From IMG/VR virus record IMGVR_UViG_3300047160_004786, positions 20,955-84,954 of that record: a DNA stretch of 64,000 nt; one strand, given 5' to 3'. Shown here in pieces: positions 27,923 to 35,866 of this stretch; within the stretch, counting starts at the first letter, position 1, and each line of letters opens with the position of its first letter. A program made the position numbers and the translations under genes. The notes under the pieces were generated by a model. That model saw nothing but the letters and a program-made list of their open reading frames with translations. It was not told where the DNA came from and searched no databases. Source of the DNA: a virus. Its lineage: Duplodnaviria; Caudoviricetes.

Positions 27923-28123
27923 TCAGTAGTTGCAGCCCCAGTCGCAGCCGACACGGTCAGCCAGATGGGCGGCATAGACCTCGGCCTCTCGACCGTTATC
28001 GAACTCAACCTCGAACAGTTGGTAGTGGTCCTCGCCGGCCTGCTCCCAGCACGACCAGACCTGATAGAGGTCGTTGGCTTCCTTGGAGACCTTCACGTAT
28101 TCCACCTTCTTAAAAACTACCAT
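27923..28123 (-). CDS. small acidic phage protein
   Basis: AAGGAG RBS after hairpin copy F. Confidence 0.6.
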   Translation of the reverse strand: MVVFKKVEYVKVSKEANDLYQVWSCWEQAGEDHYQLFEVEFDNGREAEVYAAHLADRVGCDWGCNY

Positions 28124-28188
28124 CGTCGTCGCTCCTTGCTTGGTGATCCGGCTGGGCCTCGCCATCCAAACGAGGCCGGGTCGGAGCA

Positions 28189-28680
28189 TCAGGACTTGGA
28201 CTTGGTTTTAGCTACGGCCGGAACGAGGCCGAGGTAAATGAGACCGTAAGAGGTCTCGGCCGCCCTGGCCGCCTTCGCGGCATTAACAAGAGACTGCGAC
28301 CAGCCGTGGACGAAGGGCTCGTAGCCGCCCTTAGCCAACAAGGCTTCGAAGCGGTTGATCTTCTGCTGACGTTCACGAGCCGCAAACCCCTCCCACCCGC
28401 CTTCGATGTGCTTTTTAGCTTCCTCGATCTGCCCTGCGTCGTAAGACGTATCGAAATTCCAGCCTTTCGGCCGTAACGAAACGCCGGGAGTAGCAGTCGC
28501 TATCTGGACATAGTAGTCGAAGCTACCCTTATTGGCAGGAACGAACTCATAAGCATACTTGCGATCAGCCTCCTGGTCCCGCTGGACGATGATCGCATAT
28601 TTGTAGGGTCGCGGGGACTTTCTGGTCCCGACGATCTTGCCTTCCCACGTTGCGGTGTAGGTGATTGGCTTGTTTGCCAT
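28189..28680 (-). CDS. hypothetical phage protein
   Basis: AAGGAG RBS after hairpin copy G; TRKS.R.YKYA motif. Confidence 0.65.
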   Translation of the reverse strand: MANKPITYTATWEGKIVGTRKSPRPYKYAIIVQRDQEADRKYAYEFVPANKGSFDYYVQIATATPGVSLRPKGWNFDTSYDAGQIEEAKKHIEGGWEGFAARERQQKINRFEALLAKGGYEPFVHGWSQSLVNAAKAARAAETSYGLIYLGLVPAVAKTKSKS

Positions 28681-28744
28681 TGTCGTCGCTCCTTCTGGGT
28701 GATTAGGCTGGGTGCCACCCTCCAGATGGCACCGGGTCTAACCG

Positions 28745-29044
28745 TCAGACCTTGACGCCCAACAAGCGGGCCAAACGCCGCCGGCTAGCCGGGGTGACGT
28801 TCTCGGGGATGTGGAGCGAACGCTGCTCCGTCTCTCCTGTGAAGGGGTTGGCGTCGAAGGCGTAGTTGGTGAACCAACGAGGCGACCTCACCGGCCATTC
28901 GTTGGCTTCGTCAACCCGGCCGCCGACATCCTCGATGGCGTCCCGCAAGCTGACGTGCTCAGAGACGAAGCCCCGGTCGTCAGTCTCGCCGGCCTCGATA
29001 GCCTCGACCGACCAAATTTCGTAAGTGACGCTGAAGAATGCCAT
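28745..29044 (-). CDS. conserved phage protein
   Basis: FSVTYEIWS.EAIEAGETDDRGF...RSLHIPENVTPASRRRLARL motif. Confidence 0.7.
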   Translation of the reverse strand: MAFFSVTYEIWSVEAIEAGETDDRGFVSEHVSLRDAIEDVGGRVDEANEWPVRSPRWFTNYAFDANPFTGETEQRSLHIPENVTPASRRRLARLLGVKV

Positions 29045-29102
29045 GTTAGTCTCTCCTCTGTGATGTGATTGAGGTGCCCCGCTCTGTGGGCACCCTGTCG
29101 CA

Positions 29103-29333
29103 TCACTCGGCCGTCGTAGCATTGACCTCCAGAAGGAACACGTCGTGGGCGTCCTTCAGGATCGTCGGGATTGAAGCGGCACCGTAGCCCTTCTGTTTGA
29201 GGAGCTTCACGGCATGCTTGTAAGCGGCGATGCGGGTCCGGTTGAACCGGTCGCCTTTGGTGCGGGGCGTGATCTTGCCGTGGGCCGCCAGGAGGCGGTC
29301 GATGTATTCCTGTTGGATTTCGGTAAGGGTCAT
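29103..29333 (-). CDS. small phage protein
   Basis: AGAGGAG RBS after hairpin copy H. Confidence 0.6.
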   Translation of the reverse strand: MTLTEIQQEYIDRLLAAHGKITPRTKGDRFNRTRIAAYKHAVKLLKQKGYGAASIPTILKDAHDVFLLEVNATTAE

Positions 29334-29404
29334 CGTAGGCTCCTCTGTGATCTGGCTGGGTCCCGCCATCCAGACGGGACCGGGTCAAATCCTCAGACCT
29401 TTGG

Positions 29405-29644
29405 TCAAACGAGTTCGTAAGTGCGGACACACCAGATGTCTCGACCTCCATTTCGGAGACAGTCTTGCCCGCTGAATGTCTCGACCCAGCGAAGCTTGCC
29501 GGCTTCGACCAGGGCAAGGGCTGCTTCGAGATCACGCTTGCCGTAACCACGATCACGGCGAGTAGTGATATGTCCGGTGAAGACGCACACTCGGTTGGTG
29601 ACGGTGCTGACTTGTTCCAGCAACTTGATTTGGGTCTTGGTCAT
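29405..29644 (-). CDS. small phage protein
   Basis: AGAGGA RBS after hairpin copy I. Confidence 0.6.
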   Translation of the reverse strand: MTKTQIKLLEQVSTVTNRVCVFTGHITTRRDRGYGKRDLEAALALVEAGKLRWVETFSGQDCLRNGGRDIWCVRTYELV

Positions 29645-29703
29645 TGGTTGTTCCTCTGTGATCCGGCTGGGCCTCACCACTCGGATGAGGCCGGGTCGAA
29701 CCA

Positions 29704-30045
29704 TCAGTGGTTGATAACCGGAGCGGAGTTGATCCGCTTCAACACGTCGGCCGCACCGTGGCGGCGGATGGTCTCGGCAATCAGCCCCTTGGCACCCTCG
29801 TGAGCCGTGGCTCGGCGTTTGAAAGGGCTCAGTCCCTGATTGGTCAGAAACAAGGTCTTGCCTCGGTTCAGGTCGCCAAACACGAGGCCGGAAGCAAAGT
29901 GCGTCAACGACACCGGCTTGCCGTCCCTGCCATGCTGAAGGATGAACTTGACCCGCTGGCCGGCGACATCGAAGAAGGCAATCGAGCCGCTGCGAACGTC
30001 CGGCAAGCTGTCACGGCGAGCGATATTGAAGGTGATGGTAGGCAT
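29704..30045 (-). CDS. hypothetical phage protein
   Basis: AGAGGAG RBS after hairpin copy J. Confidence 0.65.
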   Translation of the reverse strand: MPTITFNIARRDSLPDVRSGSIAFFDVAGQRVKFILQHGRDGKPVSLTHFASGLVFGDLNRGKTLFLTNQGLSPFKRRATAHEGAKGLIAETIRRHGAADVLKRINSAPVINH

Positions 30046-30102
30046 TGTCGTTCTCCTCTGTGTTTCGGCTGAGGTCCACCGAGATGGACCTGGGTCGAAG
30101 CA

Positions 30103-30357
30103 TCAGGCATCGATAGCCAGAGCAATCTGCTCAAGCTCATCCCGAATGGTGTAGAGAGCTTGCAGCCGTTTCTCGTGCTGGCTGCGAGCCAAGGGGAAGG
30201 CTTCGTTTCCCTGCACGTAGTAGTCACGAGCGTTAGGCGAGCATTTCTGCACCGCATCGGTAGCGTCGGTCAGGGCTTCAAGAGCCTTGATGAGGTCTTG
30301 AAGCAAGCTCTCACGAGACGTGCCGTTCAGGTGGATGGTCGGGATAGCCAAGGTCAT
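30103..30357 (-). CDS. first gene of the leftward array, conserved phage protein
   Basis: PTIHLNGTS...PNARDYY.QG motif; GGAGGAG RBS. Confidence 0.7.
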   Translation of the reverse strand: MTLAIPTIHLNGTSRESLLQDLIKALEALTDATDAVQKCSPNARDYYVQGNEAFPLARSQHEKRLQALYTIRDELEQIALAIDA

Positions 30358-30373
30358 TTCGGTTCTCCTCCGT

Positions 30374-30477
30374 GTGCTGATCGAGGACGCCCGTTCGAGC
30401 TAGCCTGATGGACAGCCCCTTGCCGGCTAGGTCAGTGTGGCTCCGTATCAGTGCCCGGTAGCGTCCTCGATCAGCAC
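30374..30477. repeat. perfect 17-bp inverted repeat enclosing inner hairpins
   Basis: gtgctgatcgaggacgc 30374-90 and gcgtcctcgatcagcac 30461-77. Confidence 0.8.
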
Positions 30478-30508
30478 AAATGAGAAAGGCCGGGGAACCG
30501 CCCCGGCC
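30478..30508 (-). terminator. terminator-like hairpin in the early leader
   Basis: GGCCGGGG/CCCCGGCC stem followed on the minus strand by TTTCTCATTT. Confidence 0.45.
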
Positions 30509-30919
30509 ACCTTCAGATCAGATGCCCTACTGCAACAGCGGTCGTAACGGGGTCTGATGTCCCCTGCCGCACTACGTCGTCGCTTATTCCCGCCGTCGGG
30601 ATACGCCCGATATTCGCTCCTGATTTCCACGGTCCTCTTGGGCCACAGTCTTACGCCGTAGGGCAAAATTCATTCTCAACTCAGTCAGGACTTTCATCCC
30701 TCACTGGCCCCATGAGCCCCTTCCGGGAACCAAGGTTTAGACCGGTGTGACGCGGCCTTGGCTGGACCTCAGACGAGGACCCCGTCGTGTACACCCGGGC
30801 GGTTTTCCGCTTCACGGGGACCCATATAGGGGGCTCGCCACGTGGGACCCTAGTCCCTTCTGCTACCGCAGGTTCAGATGCTGGGCTGGAAAAAGTCCTG
30901 TTCGTCCGTCGTTGAATAA

Positions 30920-30948
30920 CTTGTAGGCGATATTCGGGGGGCCGTCAA
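30920..30948 (-). promoter_or_regulatory. leftward sigma70-like promoter
   Basis: TTGACG-N17-TACAAG on the minus strand. Confidence 0.55.
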
Positions 30949-30952
30949 ACCC

Positions 30953-30980
30953 TATTTCGGTATTTTCCGGTATTTTTCCG
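30953..30980 (+). promoter_or_regulatory. three imperfect direct repeats between divergent promoters (candidate operator)
   Basis: tatttcgg / tattttccgg / tatttttccg. Confidence 0.45.
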
Positions 30981-30983
30981 CAT

Positions 30984-31013
30984 TTGACTACACAGAAGCG
31001 TGAGTGGTAGGCT
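30984..31013 (+). promoter_or_regulatory. rightward sigma70-like promoter
   Basis: TTGACT-N18-TAGGCT upstream of the RHH gene. Confidence 0.5.
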
Positions 31014-31033
31014 GGGGGTCCGAAAGGAGTGTC

Positions 31034-31274
31034 AATGGACCAGCAAATCGCGATGAAACGGCCACAAGTGGTGCCTGTGAAGCGGCCTCGGGGGCGTCCG
31101 CCGGGGGATTCGACCCAGGTCAACGTCTCGATCCCCCGGGCTCAGCTCGACGACCTCGATGCCTGGATCAGGAAGCAGGAGCGGCCTATCGGGCATCCAG
31201 AGGCGATACGAAGGCTGATCGCCCAGACGTGCGGAGGACTGAGCAAGCGAAGGAGAAGGCGGCGTGAGCTTTAA
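31034..31274 (+). CDS. ribbon-helix-helix (Arc/CopG-like) transcriptional regulator
   Basis: RGRPP..STQVNVSIP..QLDDLDAW......HPEAIRRLI; AAGGAG RBS. Confidence 0.7.
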
Positions 31275-31554
31275 GCCGGGAGACAAGGTGGTGTGTGTGG
31301 ATGCCTCCCCGACGACGTGCCTGGGCCAACGGGAGCTTGTCGAGGGCACCGTCTACACGGTTGAAGCGACCGGCTGTCGGTTTCTGTGCAGTGTCGAGTA
31401 TCCCAGAGCGGCCCCACTCCCCAGGCCCCTGCCGTGTGTAATCCTGCGGGAAGTTGGCGGAGTGTGCTGCGAGTATTTTCCGGCCAGGAGGTTCAAGCCG
31501 GCGACCGACATTTCGATGTTCCATAAAATGCTGAGTGAGAGGGAGAGGGTGTGA
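31264..31554 (+). CDS. SH3-like small phage protein
   Basis: FKPGDKVVCVD...L.EG.VYTV...PARRFKP motif. Confidence 0.6.
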   Translation: MSFKPGDKVVCVDASPTTCLGQRELVEGTVYTVEATGCRFLCSVEYPRAAPLPRPLPCVILREVGGVCCEYFPARRFKPATDISMFHKMLSERERV

Positions 31555-31973
31555 TGCTTCAGAGGACTGATATGTTCATGCCGGCCAAGGTGCTCGGCGT
31601 GACGAAAAAGCAGCGGACCGCCCTGGTCGCCGTCCTGGGGATATTGGAGCGGGGCGAGATCGAGCACAGCGGCCCAGTCAAATTTAATTCCTGGAACCTC
31701 CCCGTGATTGATAAGGGTCCAGGAAAGTATTTCAATATGCAGTTTTGGAAAGAGATGGGGATCTGGAAGAAGAATTATCGCGAGTGTAACACGATCTTCT
31801 GCATTGGCGGGCTGGCAGAGGATATTGCCGGGGTCAAGTTCAATAAGAGGCTTCACGATCTATTCTACCCCGACTTTTATCTTCAGACCATCACCGTCAA
31901 GCAGGCCGCCCAGGCTCTTCGTAATTACCTCACGCATGGAAATGCGGGGTGGGCTGGGATCTTGGGGTTCTGA
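31551..31973 (+). CDS. hypothetical phage protein
   Basis: FCIGGLAE...LHDLFYP...ITVKQAAQALRNYL motif; coupled. Confidence 0.65.
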   Translation: MMLQRTDMFMPAKVLGVTKKQRTALVAVLGILERGEIEHSGPVKFNSWNLPVIDKGPGKYFNMQFWKEMGIWKKNYRECNTIFCIGGLAEDIAGVKFNKRLHDLFYPDFYLQTITVKQAAQALRNYLTHGNAGWAGILGF

Positions 31974-32188
31974 TGAAACCCTCGACCTACGTCGCTTGCG
32001 GAGCTTGCGGAAAGCAAAGAGGCGTAGCCGCAGCGGAGTGTCCCAGGTATGATTGTCCCTGGCTTTCGAATCAGAGGTATCGAGAGTTCTCGGCTTGTAA
32101 GCTCGGTGAAATGGCTGACAGGTTGTTCCTCAAGTACGTGAGAGGCGTGGACGAGGCATACGCAAGGGCACATGAGTTCATCCCATGA
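31973..32188 (+). CDS. small Cys-rich protein
   Basis: TGATG overlap; CGACG...CPRYDC. Confidence 0.5.
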   Translation: MKPSTYVACGACGKQRGVAAAECPRYDCPWLSNQRYREFSACKLGEMADRLFLKYVRGVDEAYARAHEFIP

Positions 32189-32246
32189 GTTGTGGGATAA
32201 TTTCTGTGCAACTTGAAAATCAATGCTGATAGCGAGGGGTATCAAC

Positions 32247-32732
32247 ATGCCATTTAAAAAGGGTTTCTCAGGCAACCCAGCGGGTCGTCCCAAGAAATGG
32301 ATTGGGGAAGCTCGATTGAGAATACTGGCTCAGGGAGAGGCTGAGGAATCACTGGCTGCCTTGGTCAGAATCAGAGACGATCCCAAGTCTCCCCCCGCAG
32401 CAGTAATCGCTGCATCACAAGCCCTTCTGGATAGAGGGTTTGGGAAGGTGCCTGTCGTGGCAAGAGACGCTAACCCTATGGACCCAGCCGTGCCGACGGG
32501 TGTGATCGAAGCCCCAAGACAGTGCGAGACCGGGGAGGAATGGCAGGGGTATGCGGATAGGTGGGTGAGGGAGCAGGGGAGGGTTGAGGGGGGTGAAAAG
32601 GCGGCCGAGCCACCGGCCTTGCCGGCCTCGCCCAAGGCCGCCCAGGTTGTATCGGTCGGCTGGTCTCCGCAGGAGCGGATGGAGGCTGCGGAGCGGCTCT
32701 TGAGGGGCGGGGACGGGTCGAAGCGGCATTGA
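32247..32732 (+). CDS. DUF5681-type, terminase small subunit-like protein
   Basis: MPFKKGFSGNPAGRPK and ALLDRGFGK motifs. Confidence 0.55.
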   Translation: MPFKKGFSGNPAGRPKKWIGEARLRILAQGEAEESLAALVRIRDDPKSPPAAVIAASQALLDRGFGKVPVVARDANPMDPAVPTGVIEAPRQCETGEEWQGYADRWVREQGRVEGGEKAAEPPALPASPKAAQVVSVGWSPQERMEAAERLLRGGDGSKRH

Positions 32733-32935
32733 GGCCGTTTTCTCGTAGCCGAAAATCCTGATGAGCCAGTACCTTGAAGAGGGCTCTGCTTGACGGCCTC
32801 AGAAACCGCGTAGGATCGTCGCTGGTGCGTAAAAAGAGGGTGACCCTGGCCCCCCAGTACCTGAAAACGGCTCGACGCATCCACGGGGCTCCTAGAGCGT
32901 TCTAGATGGGTGTCGTATCTAATGGGGAATAACGG

Positions 32936-33247
32936 ATGCAGGCGGACCCTATCTACCGACGGTTCAGGCAGCAGAGGACGCAAGCGAAAGTACGAGGGAT
33001 CGAGTGGGAGCTACCATACTGGGAATGGCTGCAAATCTGGCAGGACAGCGGACACCTCGATGAGCGAGGGAGGCGGAAAGGTCAGTGGGTGATGGCTCGC
33101 AACGGTGATATTGGTCCCTACGCGGCTTGGAATGTGAAGATTGTCTACAGTGATACTAACAACGAGCAGAACGCCAGGGGGCGTCATTATCGAGATGCAG
33201 CGAAGGCAACCGAGGAGGCGAGCGATGGCCAGCAAGCACGATCATGA
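32936..33247 (+). CDS. His-Me finger/HNH-like endonuclease
   Basis: RGIEWEL...W..IW..SG....RG....VMAR.GD.GPY...NV.I....N motif. Confidence 0.65.
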   Translation: MQADPIYRRFRQQRTQAKVRGIEWELPYWEWLQIWQDSGHLDERGRRKGQWVMARNGDIGPYAAWNVKIVYSDTNNEQNARGRHYRDAAKATEEASDGQQARS

Positions 33248-33482
33248 GCAGAAGCAGGAGATCAACCCGGGCAACCCGCCGGCACCGGAAACGAGCCTGC
33301 AAGAGCTTGCCATTGCGGCCAATGCTGCGGCTCTCATGCTCTCCAGGCTGGGCGGCATCCACGCGGATCAGGACCAGATCAGGACTGCTGTAACGACGGC
33401 TGCGAACCTCATCCGCGAGTGCAAGCGGCAGCTTGATGAGAGGCCGCCGGCTGTCGACGACAAACCGGTCACGGCGGCGTGA
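33225..33482 (+). CDS. small hypothetical protein
   Basis: GAGGAGG RBS before ATG 33225. Confidence 0.55.
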   Translation: MASKHDHEQKQEINPGNPPAPETSLQELAIAANAAALMLSRLGGIHADQDQIRTAVTTAANLIRECKRQLDERPPAVDDKPVTAA

Positions 33483-33673
33483 CGGCGACAAAAACGCAAC
33501 ATGCGGACGAATAGCTCAGCAATATCAATGTTCCGCATCATTCTTCATATTTGAGGCTAGGCGAAAATGCCTTGCTGAGGATTAGCGGGGCATTAGTTGA
33601 CGATGCAGGCGACGGCATACTTATGCCTGCGAGACAGAGACATCTCGAGCCTGTTGACAGTAAGGGGTAGTTA

Positions 33674-34090
33674 ATGGCGATCCAGCGAGACATCTGCCCC
33701 CAGTGCGGCAAGAACGTCGGCATGGTCCGAATACACAAGTGCGTGCCGGTCGAGCCGGTGACAGAGTCATGGCTGATGCCCGCAACGAAGGCCGTTGCAG
33801 CGGGGCTTAGCGTTACGCCGGCCGTAACGAAACGGAGGGCCGCCGTTACGAAGGCCGTAACGCCTGTTACGAAGGCCGTAACGCCTGTTACGAAGGCTGT
33901 AACGCGAGCCAAGTCCGTTACGCCGGCCGTAACGCAGTGTGCCGAGTGTGAACGGCTTAAGGCTGAGATCGGCACGCTTAAGGCCCAGCTTGTCGAAGCC
34001 CTCAAGGGGATGCCCAAGCCGATGACGGCAGCGGAGCGGATGCGGCGGATGCGGGCCGCCAGAGCAAAGGAGAGCGACGATGCAAGCTGA
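33674..34090 (+). CDS. Zn-ribbon/basic-helix protein with VTKAVTP repeats
   Basis: CPQC...HKC, CAEC coil, C-terminal TAAERMRRMR. Confidence 0.6.
   Translation: MAIQRDICPQCGKNVGMVRIHKCVPVEPVTESWLMPATKAVAAGLSVTPAVTKRRAAVTKAVTPVTKAVTPVTKAVTRAKSVTPAVTQCAECERLKAEIGTLKAQLVEALKGMPKPMTAAERMRRMRAARAKESDDAS
33811..33934. repeat. five inverted-repeat units GTTACG-N5-(C/T)GTAAC
   Basis: Units start at 33811, 33844, 33865, 33886, 33916; 21-bp period in the centre. Confidence 0.8.
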
Positions 34091-34292
34091 CCGGGCGGCG
34101 TTCGAGCGGTGGTTCGAGGAGCGGTTCGGCAGGCCTTCGACCTCCGAGGCGGCGGCTGTCCGGCCTCACCGTGACTTGCTCTGGGCGGCCTGGGTCGCCG
34201 GGTTCGATAACGGCTACACCCACGCCTCGGTCTTCGCCAAGCTCCGCGAGATGGGCCTGCGTTCGTCCAGGGAGGACGCCGATGCCTCGTGA
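34080..34292 (+). CDS. small phage protein
   Basis: DRAAFERWF...LWAAWVAG motif. Confidence 0.55.
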   Translation: MQADRAAFERWFEERFGRPSTSEAAAVRPHRDLLWAAWVAGFDNGYTHASVFAKLREMGLRSSREDADAS

Positions 34293-34506
34293 CGTGATCG
34301 ACGTGGCCAGCGATCCCGACGTGCAGAGCCTCCAGGCGTTCGAGCGGTGGTTCCTGGCTCAGTCCCAGATCGAGCATGGGGGACAGTCGCCCATCGACAT
34401 GCTGACGCACTACGAGGCATGCTGGAGGGCTTGGCGGGCCTCCGAGGCCCGGTCCATGGGCCACGCGGTCTGCACCCGCTGCGGCGGGACCGGCCTGGAG
34501 CCGTGA
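34282..34506 (+). CDS. small phage protein with C-terminal CxxCxGxG
   Basis: GGAGG RBS; AFERWF...ACWRAWRA, CTRCGGTG. Confidence 0.55.
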   Translation: MPRDVIDVASDPDVQSLQAFERWFLAQSQIEHGGQSPIDMLTHYEACWRAWRASEARSMGHAVCTRCGGTGLEP

Positions 34507-34653
34507 ACGCCGTTCGTGCAGAGGGGGACCGGGGCCTGCCGCCGGCCGGGGCCTGGGCCGAGGCCTCGGGGGCCGGGTGGCCTCGCGGAAAAGTGCCCAG
34601 GCGGCGGAGTCCCATGGTGCAGCACACCGACAAAATTTCCCTCCCCCAAAATC

Positions 34654-34682
34654 TTGCAATTTCGTGACGGCCATGCTTATTT
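34654..34682 (+). promoter_or_regulatory. sigma70-like promoter of small peptide gene
   Basis: TTGCAA-N17-TTATTT. Confidence 0.4.
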
Positions 34683-34706
34683 GTGACTTCTAGAGAGGGA
34701 GAAAAC

Positions 34707-34841
34707 ATGAAAACACTACTTGTGGCGACGATCCTGACTGTGGTTGCGATCATGACCATGGTTGAGGTCAAGGCCGGGAACTGCCGGACCACTTGTGAGA
34801 GGCAGGGCAATCAGGTGGTTTGCAACCAGTATTGCTATTGA
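34707..34841 (+). CDS. 44-aa secreted Cys-rich peptide (not in ORF track)
   Basis: GAGGGAG RBS; MKTLLVATILTVVAIMTMVEVKA then GNCRTTCERQGNQVVCNQYCY. Confidence 0.7.
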   Translation: MKTLLVATILTVVAIMTMVEVKAGNCRTTCERQGNQVVCNQYCY

Positions 34842-34849
34842 GGGGTGGG

Positions 34850-34879
34850 CGGCGGGGCTGTGGGGCCTCGCCGTTTTTT
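34850..34879 (+). terminator. intrinsic terminator
   Basis: cggcggggc/gcctcgccg stem followed by T6. Confidence 0.7.
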
Positions 34880-34894
34880 CCTTGAGGCCCAGCC

Positions 34895-35185
34895 ATGAGG
34901 AAGCCTGATCCTGCGACCTGGGTATTCGACAGGGGTCTCAGTCCTGTTACGGGACGGAGGACGACGTTACTGGGCGATGAGTTGGGGCCTGTCATCAGTG
35001 AGTTCATTGCGATGCTTGACAGGCATGAGCCTCTTGTTCAACAGCAGATCATCGAGCTTCTTCTGGCGGCCCATGCGTTCAGGATGCCTGATCATGAGTG
35101 GGCGAACCTTGTGATAGACGGGATACACAAGCATGCGAGGCAGATAGTGGCTCAGTGGGCGGATGAGAGTTGGGCGGATGAATGA
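34895..35185 (+). CDS. hypothetical protein
   Basis: ORF in a coupled rightward run. Confidence 0.55.
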   Translation: MRKPDPATWVFDRGLSPVTGRRTTLLGDELGPVISEFIAMLDRHEPLVQQQIIELLLAAHAFRMPDHEWANLVIDGIHKHARQIVAQWADESWADE

Positions 35186-35435
35186 GAACCTGCAATTTGC
35201 TCGTGAGTTGGCGGATTTTCGGGATCGGGTATCTCGGTCTCATCTTGTGATGAGGGATGCGGTCAGGCAGTATGTGGCGATGATGGATGCAATTGGGGTT
35301 GGGTTTGCCCTTTATTATGAGGACATGACGCATGGGGAGAGGGCTGAGATGAGGATTGCGTTTGAGAAGTTGAGGGAGGCGGTGAAAGTTTTTGCTGAGG
35401 ACAATGTTGTTCCGTTGAGGACCGGACGTGAGTGA
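35178..35435 (+). CDS. hypothetical protein
   Basis: Overlaps the upstream stop; 85 aa. Confidence 0.55.
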   Translation: MNENLQFARELADFRDRVSRSHLVMRDAVRQYVAMMDAIGVGFALYYEDMTHGERAEMRIAFEKLREAVKVFAEDNVVPLRTGRE

Positions 35436-35637
35436 GGATGAGCGTCGTCGGTTCGAGGCTTGGTGGGTCAACGCCCATCACATTGGGTGGCCTCACTGGG
35501 TTCGGTCAGACGGCTCGATCTGGATGGACCACAGGTGGATGATACCGGAGAGGCTTGTTCGTAATGGTGAGGGTTACAGGAACCTTGCGGCCCAGGCGGC
35601 CTGGGTGATGTGGAGGGAGAGGCATGGGTTGCAGTAG
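35428..35637 (+). CDS. Trp-rich small phage protein
   Basis: ERRRFEAWW...YRNLAAQAAW.MW motif. Confidence 0.55.
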   Translation: MSEDERRRFEAWWVNAHHIGWPHWVRSDGSIWMDHRWMIPERLVRNGEGYRNLAAQAAWVMWRERHGLQ

Positions 35638-35674
35638 GGTTTATCCGGGTGTGGAATTTTTTCAAGGACGGAAC

Positions 35675-35845
35675 ATGCTCAATCACACCGGGTTTCTGCA
35701 ACTGTCACAGCAGCAGATGTCTCAGGCTCTTGAGCCGCCCATGGCGGTAAATATGGCTAATCCTGACCCGCCTCGGGTTGAAGACATGCTTCCGGCCGGC
35801 TGGGCTGATTGGTTCGATGCAGCATTTGAGGGTTGGTGGCTGTGA
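35675..35845 (+). CDS. small hypothetical protein
   Basis: AAGGA RBS before ATG 35675. Confidence 0.4.
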   Translation: MLNHTGFLQLSQQQMSQALEPPMAVNMANPDPPRVEDMLPAGWADWFDAAFEGWWL

Positions 35846-35866
35846 GGTCGTCTCGATTGGCGAAGA

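Larger units (their letters stand above)
25171..30105 (-). repeat. 10 dispersed intergenic hairpin elements with invariant ACCC/CAGC internal loop
   Basis: Copies at 25171-25232, 25638-25703, 26782-26827, 27398-27446, 27876-27925, 28144-28191, 28700-28747, 29348-29395, 29659-29706, 30062-30105; stems differ in sequence but keep pairing. Confidence 0.9.

Noticed and set aside
25171-30105. Dispersed hairpins as a CRISPR array or integron attC sites
   Set aside because: Spacers are whole genes, repeats are not identical, there are no RYYYAAC/GTTRRRY ends, and no cas or integrase gene is seen.
30380-30720. Hammerhead ribozyme in the early leader (CTGATGGA, GATGAAAG)
   Set aside because: The core elements are not in the required order with flanking stems.
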